This document shows, in pieces, positions 37,301 through 45,800 of a stretch of 64,000 bases of DNA. The stretch is from an uncultured archaeon (GTDB taxonomy: Archaea > Iainarchaeota > Iainarchaeia > Iainarchaeales > JAAZKV01). Below the pieces are notes generated by a model, which was not told the DNA's origin, ran no database searches, and saw only the letters and a list, made by a program, of their open reading frames with translations. The stretch is taken from contig CAZHNO010000001.1 of the NCBI GenBank assembly GCA_964534045.1, forward strand, positions 129,786-193,785. Reading direction: 5' to 3'. Each line of letters starts with the position of its first letter. Within the stretch, counting starts at the first letter, position 1. A program made the translations under genes and the position numbers.

Positions 37301-39513
37301 CAACTGCAACAATTTTTACTAATGAAGAAGAAGCAAGTGCTTGGATAACTAGTGGAAGTAAAGAATATTCAAGATTTGAAAATGACAGATTTATTGTTAT
37401 AATGGACATTCCCCAATCACAATTAAGATTACATAATGATGTTGCCAAAGCACCAGGAATTATTCCAAAAGAAAATATTATTGGAGTAATTGATAGACAA
37501 GCAATTGGTGCCCAAGGACCGATTGCAGTTGATATGGCAAGGGTTGAGAGTGTTTCAGTTACTTTTAATCAACAAACTAATCTTGAAACATCAAACAATT
37601 TTGTTTTACCAAAAGAAGAAATTTGGGGAGGAGAATCTGGTTTTTTAGAAATTAAGGAAGGGATTCCTTTGGGAACAAATTCTGATTTAGTTGTTGAAAT
37701 TGATGGAGAAAAATATTTGAAGTTAATCCCTGGAAAAAAAATCATTCTTGAAAGATTTATAACTATTGATCCAAATCAATTAGAAAGTATTTACATAAGC
37801 CAGCTTTTAACTGGAAGAATAATGTCTCCACAAAAATTTGCGCAAGTTAGTGGACAACCTATTTCTTCTGTATTTGGAACAGAAGTTTTTAGTGATAGTG
37901 AAAATTTGGTAAATTTTGATGAAATTCTTGAAGATGCGTTAAGTGAAACAATAGCTGGTTGGGGAGTATCAACAACATATACTGATTGGATTTCAAAAAC
38001 ACCCCCAATTAGTAATGACAAAATAAAAATAATTTTTTCTTTTGAAGTTCCAACAGAAAGAGTTTTTGCTGGACAAATTAAAAAAAGTCCAACTTATTCT
38101 GGACAAGTTCAAAGTAATATACCATTGAATAAAAACAATGAAAAATTAGCCGAATTTGGTTTTTCAGATCCTGGATCTGAAGACGAAATAATGTTCCCAA
38201 TTGAAGTTCCAAACGAATACTATAAAGGGGCAAGATTTTTTTATAATGGGAAAGAATGGACAATTGAACAATTATTGAATGAGCTTGGAATTAAACCACA
38301 AAATGTTAGTTCATCTGAAAAGATAACTTTTACTTGCAAAAGTCCTTGTTACTTTGATTCAACTAGTTCTCCAATTAAACCTATAGAAAGGTTAGATGGT
38401 TCATTACAATTAACTAGTGAAAATTTTGGAGAAGTTAATAGTTTTGAACTTATTAGGTATGGTGCATTTGAAGGAGAAGAAGTGGGGGCAGTGATGACAA
38501 AAGTAAATTTGGCTGGAAAAGAAATGGCAATTCTTGAACAATCATTAAAAGCAAATCATGATGCGATACTAGTTTTTGAAAATACACAAGCAGGAACTAG
38601 TTTAAAAATATTTTATAATGGGAATAGAATTCTTGATCAATCTAATTCATTAACAACTTTGAAACCCTATCTTGACACTTTAGGGTATGAAACTTGGCAG
38701 GTAACTGGCAGTGAAGAACTTAAAAATTTCAAGATTTTTGTTCCTAATAAAATAGGCTCACATGTTGTTGCAAATAATTTTGATGAAGCCAGAAAAGCAG
38801 TTTTCCAAAATAATATGCAAGAAGAAATTGCTCTCTCAATTGAAAAACTTGGACTTAAGTTAGATGACGCAATAATAAAATTTTCTGATGGTTCAACAAG
38901 CACTGCTGCTGAATTATTAGTGGATAATACACAATTGCCATCTTTTGAAAGTGTTACACAAAATAGTGGAGTTCAGATTCTGCAAGGAATCCCTGGAAAA
39001 AGTGGTTGGGGTTATATGCATACAAAATTACATCTTGTAGATTATGCTAATGAACAAGAATTTGAATCATTTATAAAAAGTACTTTACAATCCCCTGATT
39101 TTAAAATAACAAAAAATAATGAACCAGCAACTCTTTGGTTTAAAGAAATTAATGCAGGTGAATCAAAATTTAATATGGTTGTTTCAAAAACAGAAAATGG
39201 GGTTGAAAAAATGGTTACAATGTACCCTCTAAGAAATGGTGCTGAGTTTATGCAAATCATAAGAACTGAAGCTGGACGAGGAAACGTTCAAGGATATAAG
39301 TCAAATACTGATTCAACTAAAAAAGCAATTAAACTAAATAATGACTTTTTCTTAGAACTAAGTAAAGGTTCTGATGGATTAACAATTAATGCAAAAGCAA
39401 TAAGGGGTGTTCCAGAAGAAGCAGGATTTGAAACCGCTGGAAAAAGTAATATAAATAATTATTTCAGAGGTATTGAAAACTATGAAACTGATTTAATTAT
39501 TTTAGGAGAATAA
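31324..39513 (+). CDS. Giant membrane-anchored surface protein 1 (2729 aa)
   Basis: The N-terminus is MVDVGKFFDKK plus a TM signal anchor. A very long extracellular region follows. There is an internal HETTH (HEXXH) motif near aa 1690. Confidence 0.8.
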   Translation: MVDVGKFFDKKVLVLIVIILLILIGFVIFGTQQKEINQEFEFYDSIVSKNVLIGSERIETYTINLQNPVFGYLIIPKTIVEDASKLAISGDFDAEIIENYPILKIESNDYSPGTKNLIIKSTIGNAEHTSILFLIPLVEYNSFSETELADLEETITQFSQLDENYFTFEETEKIMKEFEEGTKENSESADFKKKNENTKISLAEVNYISPFNSLVNTLNSTYNVREKSNTKLVKKPEIEKPVTLQNNPTEILNKILQPRIQANNIGGEFSITINFKPEKKSYALPEKILMTYNEKIPKITWNAIVIINEETNISDGTELVFTGPENFDFSYLRLTKQNYSTLGATDEEIIAQINENDESKPIYLVSIGIDTGNYDETEIIEKITIKHDGILIPKIYSSEIRLIKNNCAERTNYYWFGNETNFNYEIQKEYSNATICLKEFTEFSLTEKILSYDINFGNKEEIDSSLLIGAINTDPSSSKKIEEEIQKINEKSLSDFYNAEEHHKKWMGEYNSIAHEAIEELNFLDSKTTDNTTKEIIQKNILWFEYLIIEQKLKNDPTDRNTLEESVEKYLDYFFYPIPTYLMTEEAISEKRKEILEIQETKYGTYSKWLLTEIASKYYLIEELLIEKEKAFALLLLEKSKGSGCPTALSVEQYIFNTASPQYPLQMNKDFRDIVKFLSINEAKYISTGSTSVIGGQRQLTEIEATLKRFQDSTYCTLNLEEFENPPPSFFGSTENAQLFNFKRISLRNLIKNSVKEKVGLRLSAYLLYNYSEILEKATSETLRSLERQETNFNTEYEKIQMPKKGGLTLLELYNIKDINTISALLGTNLQDIKNDLAIESIQSAFNNQLKPIISVVKNQKFLGFVKNIGVAEKLEGHLAIVDNTINSELQITAKKIIEKEDSEKFNYILYNLTTGKLLENYGEEINTKMKLIEGLKQLKTSLLEGKDFVDILNEKTQEFENKELNILAPEETITEIINPQDPRATTLIIKKTNPKYSAWAEKVNSLGEENYSVLALNQPVIKAEIEKQQIIESNQTKKSEEIKLAKTEKEKLKILLPEEDQAKIMLKIADYYYDSGLYWEAYQNYAYIKEQLPNSTTATYASTKMFSMEKGTGMFFGKMYWETYGKIAKEFTTVSMIASYLAIYGTLKFLATPEIASARNIKNIDKAHNTKLTQTLANADDYIITGSGEWITITSQTQQIGNAKAIQNAIKGFEIVNGQLVQLNLKTSRVYSMLENFKALRTQRFFNKIFESNTWKVLTKDRLVNEQWYQNFIEKKVAYDTKEFLRTKYGMDSVLFAENPSDELIKAWVRSYNSDPVQALDKDNFKIFLNRTSQALTEKVTELRNYRALTSTETKDLLATIEMLKQTTVYVDDVVAQSTAIVPANYYMKGALAKMQARQAFSLSEVTRAKALLTDGSSTALVKDFLGSPIDDIISFSRTDVAYSSALMLTQKETKLATINTRISELETYLAKYGKTSSLLSNPWQAELMELKNQSALLTASDYADDVVSIACSAPCGFKIKSVEGSTEINFGDVEAKTEAISWDPNKTLVIEDATVDGAKATIKVEQIIDIALPKAIITTSQTTNGEVLLKIMSPKIMSVQTLEGGILTGIGADLTPNSPWTTIKFNLDGKGGRIFFVNEESTTLGAHQKGQEAINVNIDSHLTDKMTQEIGLKNALKVTTAHETTHFGFYSLAPNERQVAFDAIETTIGSDDKLYALYYKFLAWEHGNPDYFLRSGTIEEIYAKYKKNLSVNGIANNLSPAEETQILDEYINAIKNNSGKSYGIKLDDPNKQMLIDGAKERVGELRISKVSVQTPSGKQEYYINSDTLFDELTSVMAEQKFYPERVVDSATLQKLKGALPQKASGIISEAQSIADEAVNTAYSSGKHPALQASTQEITTPILTQGQCISGCLYPTRSASIINDPTLATEGKLVEPTQSLKVSKGSIFSSEKDLPKLKEDYARLIHFTSNQRGVELALKQGFIYEQQGAISSTATIFTNEEEASAWITSGSKEYSRFENDRFIVIMDIPQSQLRLHNDVAKAPGIIPKENIIGVIDRQAIGAQGPIAVDMARVESVSVTFNQQTNLETSNNFVLPKEEIWGGESGFLEIKEGIPLGTNSDLVVEIDGEKYLKLIPGKKIILERFITIDPNQLESIYISQLLTGRIMSPQKFAQVSGQPISSVFGTEVFSDSENLVNFDEILEDALSETIAGWGVSTTYTDWISKTPPISNDKIKIIFSFEVPTERVFAGQIKKSPTYSGQVQSNIPLNKNNEKLAEFGFSDPGSEDEIMFPIEVPNEYYKGARFFYNGKEWTIEQLLNELGIKPQNVSSSEKITFTCKSPCYFDSTSSPIKPIERLDGSLQLTSENFGEVNSFELIRYGAFEGEEVGAVMTKVNLAGKEMAILEQSLKANHDAILVFENTQAGTSLKIFYNGNRILDQSNSLTTLKPYLDTLGYETWQVTGSEELKNFKIFVPNKIGSHVVANNFDEARKAVFQNNMQEEIALSIEKLGLKLDDAIIKFSDGSTSTAAELLVDNTQLPSFESVTQNSGVQILQGIPGKSGWGYMHTKLHLVDYANEQEFESFIKSTLQSPDFKITKNNEPATLWFKEINAGESKFNMVVSKTENGVEKMVTMYPLRNGAEFMQIIRTEAGRGNVQGYKSNTDSTKKAIKLNNDFFLELSKGSDGLTINAKAIRGVPEEAGFETAGKSNINNYFRGIENYETDLIILGE

Positions 39514-39542
39514 ATTTAAACTAAATTGACAAGGTAATTATT

Positions 39543-39800
39543 ATGAGAAAAAGTATTGTGAAATCAAAAACTAATTTGGAGGTCCACCCGGATCTTGTAT
39601 TAGCGAAAAGAGCAGCTGAAGCTAGAGCAAAAAATCTTAAAACAAATAATATTCGTTATTTAAGACAAGCAATAAAACTTTTTACTCAAGCAGAAGAAAA
39701 AGCTAGACAAAGCGGAAAAAAATTTGAAGCTGATTATTTCAGAGGACAAGCTAGTAAGTTAATGGATGTTTTTAAAGAAATTAAACCTGAAAAAAAATAA
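39543..39800 (+). CDS. Small basic protein (85 aa), hypothetical
   Basis: Short helical Lys/Arg/Ala-rich ORF between giant genes. It may be a small nucleic-acid-binding protein or may be spurious. Confidence 0.35.
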   Translation: MRKSIVKSKTNLEVHPDLVLAKRAAEARAKNLKTNNIRYLRQAIKLFTQAEEKARQSGKKFEADYFRGQASKLMDVFKEIKPEKK

Positions 39801-39883
39801 TTGTAACTTACAAGAAACGTTTATTAATAACTCTTGTTTAAGTAATATATAGTATATAATTAGTTTACGTGAACAAATAAATC

Positions 39884-42800
39884 GTGGTTGGTTTGATTTC
39901 GGAAAAATTATCTGGGTTTTATACAAAATTAGAAGATAAGTATTTTGATGTACTTGATGCATTGGATGCAAAAGGCTTGCCTGTATATAAATACAGTGAT
40001 TTTTTTGAAGATAAGGGAATTCCTAGTTTTATTGTTACAATAACAATAATTTTGCTTTTAATAATGTTATTAGGTTTTGCTTTTACTGGAGCAAATCTTG
40101 GTTCTGGAGAAATAATTGTTTCATTAAAGGATTCAGTAACTGGACAACCTTTGAGAAATGTTTCTTTGAAATTATTTGATACACAAAATACTATTTTGTT
40201 TGATAAATCTGTGAGTGATGGGGATAGAGTTGAAATTGCAGCGTTAGCCCAAGGAACAAAAATAAGAATTTTAGCTGCAAAAGATGGTTATGCTAGTTTT
40301 CAAGATGAATTTCTTATTGGAAAAGAAAGTGCTACTCGTGCAATTTATTTAAACAAAAGGTTTGTTGGAATTAATGCAATGTTGAGACTTACTGATATTG
40401 AAACTGGAACAAAAATTAAGGGTGCAAGTGTTACTGCAAGATATGGTGATGAAATTTACAATTTTTTTGAAGATGGAAATGGATTATATAGAAAGGATAA
40501 TATTCCTGAAGGGGAAACTGTTTTGTTAAGTGTTACTGCTGATGGTTATAATTTAATTAGTGATCAGGCAATTGTTTTCTTTTCTGAAACTATTAGAGAT
40601 TTATCTTTGAGTCCTAGCAATGATGGTTTTGTTGGTTTGGCAAATGTAATAATTACAGTTAGTAATGCAGATGGTTTGGCAATTGAGGGAGCTGAGGTAA
40701 CTGTATATAATAAAGAGAACCAAGCAGTGTTAATGAAAAAAGAAACTACTCAAGGAGCAGTTTCTGGACAAATACAAACTGGAATTCAATTGAAAATCAC
40801 TATCAAAAAAGAGGGTTATTTGAATTATGATTCTGATGTTGAACTTGGTGGATTGACAATTAGAAAACAAGAAGATAAAATTGATTTAATAATGAAACAA
40901 GGTGGGGAAAAATTAATTGTTAATGTTGTTAATGAGTTAGGTTTGAGTTTGAGTGATTCTATTGTTCAAGTTTATAGTGAAAGAGGAGAATTAATTGATA
41001 GAAAAATTAGTGTTGTTGGTGGAGCAGAATTTTCTGGTTTAGACCCTGAAGCAACAATATTAATCACTGCTTACAAAGAAGGTTATTTGCCTAGTCAAGC
41101 AAAGGTTTTTGTTGGAGCAACTGAATCTGTGCCAATTATTTTGAAAGAAATCACATCAGGAAATTCTTTTAGATTAGATATATTTACTTTGGATAATATT
41201 GGAGATGCTGTTTCTGGAGCCAATGTTGAAATAAAATATTTTGATGAAGATGGCAACAAATTACCATATGGTTTTGATAACTTGCGAACTAGTTTGGCAG
41301 GATATGTTGCAGCAATAGTTGCATTAAATAAAACTTATGAAGTGAGTGCTGAAACTTCAATTATGCAAGGAAAAACAACAATTGATATTACTGAAGGAAC
41401 AATAGACAACAAAGTATACATAACAATGTTGATGAAACCAAATGTTGTTGAATTAAAATTAAGAGATTTGTTAGGAAATAAGGTTAGTGGAACAGCAATT
41501 GTTTCAACTATTGAAGGAGATATCCTTTATGATGGAAATATTACTAATTCAAGTGTTTTCTTTGATGCTTATGGAAAAGAATTGGTTGAGTTGCAAGTTA
41601 AATTAGCAGATGGAAATGTTTTTACTGAAAATGTTTATGTGAAAGGAAAAAAAATAGTTGATGTAATTGTTTATGATAAGGAAAATGCTAATCTTGCACC
41701 AGTAATTGAATTTGTTGGAATTGAAACAGAGAATGGGGAAGAAGCAAAAGGCTTGACTCCAGGAGCATTTTATTGGGCTAAGTTTTCTGTAAAGTGGCCT
41801 GTTGCTGCTGAAAAGGGGGGGGTACATTTTAGAACAGGGAGTGATAGTGTTGAATTTGCTGATTCTGAAAATGTTGCATTGTTTGATTTGGCTTTGAGCG
41901 GAGCAAACACTTTTTTATCTTACTCTTATAACCCTGAACCATTACCTGGAAATGAAGCACTTGATAGAAGTAATCAAGGTTATGTTGATGAGGCAAATAA
42001 ATGGGTTGAAGGAGAAGTAACAAATCCAAAGGGAACTTACATTGCTAAAGTAAAAATTAGGGTTAGTGATTTTACTGCAGGAAAAATAAATTTGAAATAC
42101 AGGGCTTGGAGTGAAGTGCAAGATGAAACTTATAGAACTCCAACGGATTCTGTTCTAGGAAATTCTGCATTCAATATTGAAAAGGCTTCTTTGTATGCTG
42201 AAACATTAGTAGAAAGTTTAACATTATATGAGTCTTTACCAGAGTGTAATGATAGTGTTTGTGTTGCGTATAATTTTGTTGATGAGACTGAAAGTTATTA
42301 TGATTTAGGAAAATTTGAAGCACTGCAAGGAAAAGTTTATGCACTTGAAACAGAATTTACTGCAATTGAAGGAGATTATTTACAAGTTAACTTGACTACT
42401 GATTCAAACATTGCTTTCATTGGAACACAAAGCGGAAATTTTAAGTTCATGGAAAATAGTGGTTATATTAATACAAAAGAAGCAAGTGTAACTGTTTCAT
42501 TAACACAAAATGGAAAACAAAAAATAAGATTTTATTTTGTTGCAAACGGCATTGGAACAAACATAATTAATTTTAGTGCAACTGGTTCTGGGGAAATAGA
42601 AAAACAAATTTCTTTTGATTCTGTTAATGAAAAAGAAATGCTAATAGAGTTGAGCGAAAAGAAAGTTGGTTTAGGAAGAAATTTTACTGTGAAAGTTTTG
42701 GAAAGCAATTTGAAAGGAATTGAAAACGCGCTAGTGAAAATAATTAATAAAAAAGGAGAAGTTGTGAAGAGTGTTGTTGGAGATGGCACTGATGGAAAAG

Positions 42801-45800
42801 GAAAAAGTGGATTGTATAGAATTGAAAATGATTTAGAAGCTGGAGTTTATGTTGTAAGAGTTGAAGCAAGCAAATTCAAATCAAAAGAAGAAGCATTGCT
42901 TGTAACAATGAGTGAAATACTTTCAATTACTGATGATTTAGTTGTAAAAATGTTATTGGAAGAAAAAAGCAAATATGTTGAAGCAAAATTAACTAACAAT
43001 TCTGAATTCACCATAAATAATATAATTATTGATACAGAAAATTCTGAAAACTTTAAGATTGATGTTGTTAGTATTCCAATGCTTGGAAAAAATCAAAGCC
43101 AAACCCTACAAATAAGAGTAACTTATATTGGGACAAGTGAAAGTGCAGATGAAACCTTTACTATTAGTGTAAAAGGAATGGTTGAAGGAACATTCTTGAC
43201 TAGTATTAGTACTACTTTAAGTGCTAGTTATAATAGAGTAATGGATAATAGTTGTTTGAAATTTGAGCCAAGTTCTTTAAAGTTAGCAATGGTTGGAAAC
43301 AATGGAGCTAGTGCAAGTGATACCATAACAGTAAAAAATAATTGTGAAATACCAGTTTCACTAACACCAATAACAATAGAAAAAACAAGAAGAAGCAATA
43401 TTGCTGTTAACGGAGAAGCAATTTCTTTACAAGTTGGACAAACACAAAACATAACAATCAATGCAATTAATATGGCTGATAGATTGTTCAATAGAAATGA
43501 AATTTATAATTATGAAATATTATACGATGCTAATTATATTACTAAAAGAATAAATGTTTCTGTTGAATTAATTAATCCACAAATTGCTTTGAGTTATCCT
43601 GGACAAATAACATTATTCTTAGCACAAAATAGTCCTACTGCAAAAGCTATTTCTGCTCAACCAATATTTGTGACAAATGTTTCACAATATAGTGTTGAAG
43701 GAATAAAATTTTCTACAGAAAAAGAATATGCAAGTGAGAGCAATGTAAAATTAAGTATTGAACCAGCAGACATGGTTTCTTTAGAAGCAGGACAAAGCAT
43801 TAACCCAGCAAAAATATTATTTGCTGAAGCATCAACAAAATATTCTGAACCAGTAAGGGGAACAGTAACTATTACTGGAAAAATCGGAAATTTAAATAAT
43901 AGAATTGGCACAAGCGATAATTATAATTACCAAGACTTTTTGAGTGGAAAATATTCTATAAATAATTATCAAAATAATAGTGCAGGGTATACAAGCACAA
44001 GTAATACTCTTGGAGTAATTGATGTCTTAGTTTATTACTCTGGTTTTGATTGTTTGAAAACAACAATTAGTAATGGAACATTCAATTTAAGTCAAGAAGG
44101 TTTAGGAAGAACAGCAACTATTTCAATACAAAATAATTGTGCAGAACCAGTAAGAGTGATTGATATTAAATCAAATTATCCAACTTTAGCATTTTCTATC
44201 CCTAATGTAATTGTTCAACCAAATACAACTATAGAAACACAAATGGGTGTAATGGTTGTTGGTGGACAAACAAAACTAAGAAACTTCCCAATAACTTTGA
44301 GAGGAATGACTGAAATAAGCCAAACAGTAATTGAAGCATCACCAATGAATATTGATGTGTTCTCTGGAGTAAATTTTAATGAGGAATATAGTAAGGCGGA
44401 AAAAGGAATTAGCGTAAATATTTGTGGAGAAGAAACAAAAGAATTAATTGATATTCCACGAGAAGCTAGCGGAAATGATTGTTCGCAGGGATATTGTGAT
44501 GCAGAACAAGCTTCTGAATATATAGCAAAAAAACTTGATACTGCAATAAAAAAAGCTGAAGCACAAGCATATTCAGCCCAAACAACTAATGAATCAATGC
44601 TTTGCTTGACAAAAGGATTCTGTACATTTGGAGATATTGGAACACAACAAACAAGCTTTGACTTGTACTTAAAGAATGATGTTGTGAGCACGGAAGCAAT
44701 GCGAAATGCTTTTGAAAAATTCGCTTCTGGAAGCACAGGAATAAGTGGAATAAGTTCTGCTGAATTTAGATTTGAAACAGGAAATGTGAGTGATGAAATA
44801 CTTGGAGCAATAGCAAGAAGTGGTTATGGAAAACAAGTAATAATTGATGATAGTATTAGTGGATGTGGTTATTACAAAATTGTTATTAGTGGAGTGTTCC
44901 CTGTTACAGGAGAAGGAGTAAATTTCTTAATGCCAATATTATCAATCAAAGCAGAACCATTAATTGGCAAGGGAAAAATACAAACAAAAGAATGTGAAGA
45001 TAGTATTGAGAACTTAGTGAACTTTACACCAATTGACAAAAAATATTCTTTAGGAAATACTGGCGGAACTTGGTTAACATCAATTGAAGCAGAAAAATCG
45101 TTACAAGAAATGGCAAAAAATATTTCAAAGAAATTAGTGAATAATGAAAATAGAGTTGGACAAGGAACAGGAAACAAATTAATTTTAAGAGAAGCACCAT
45201 TAACAGATGCCCTTGCAGAAGTTTGCTTAATTGGTGGAGAAAAAGCAATAATTGAAGTGAATATTAATTCTCAATTAACTGAATTAAATTCTGCAAAAAA
45301 AGATTTTGAAGATGAAGTAGTAAAACTTGTAACAAATGCAATCGCAAGTAATTTCGGAGAAAATTGCTTAACAAAACATGCAGAAGGATACAAGTGCGTT
45401 CAACTAACTGATTTGAGTGGATTGGAAGGCGGATTGTTACTAAAATTAAATTCAAAAAATTTATCACTAGGAAAAGATGGTGGTTGTGTAACTGGTGAAG
45501 TGAGTTCAAGTTTACCAGAAACAATAGAGTTTAGTGTAATTCCTTATACTGAAAACAAAGAATTTTTGAACATAACAAAAATAACTGTGGAAGAAATAAG
45601 CAAAAATAATGAAACAAACACTAATAATAATGCTGAAAATAATGAATCAAAAGAAGATGATGAAGATAGTGAATCAGAAATAAGTGAGGATAATGTTCTT
45701 GAAGGAAAGAAAGTTTATGAAATAGAATTTAAGGGAAGTAAAATCTCAAAAGAAACTCCTGTAAAAGTAAAACTTGATACTATTTCAACTGATAAGGAAC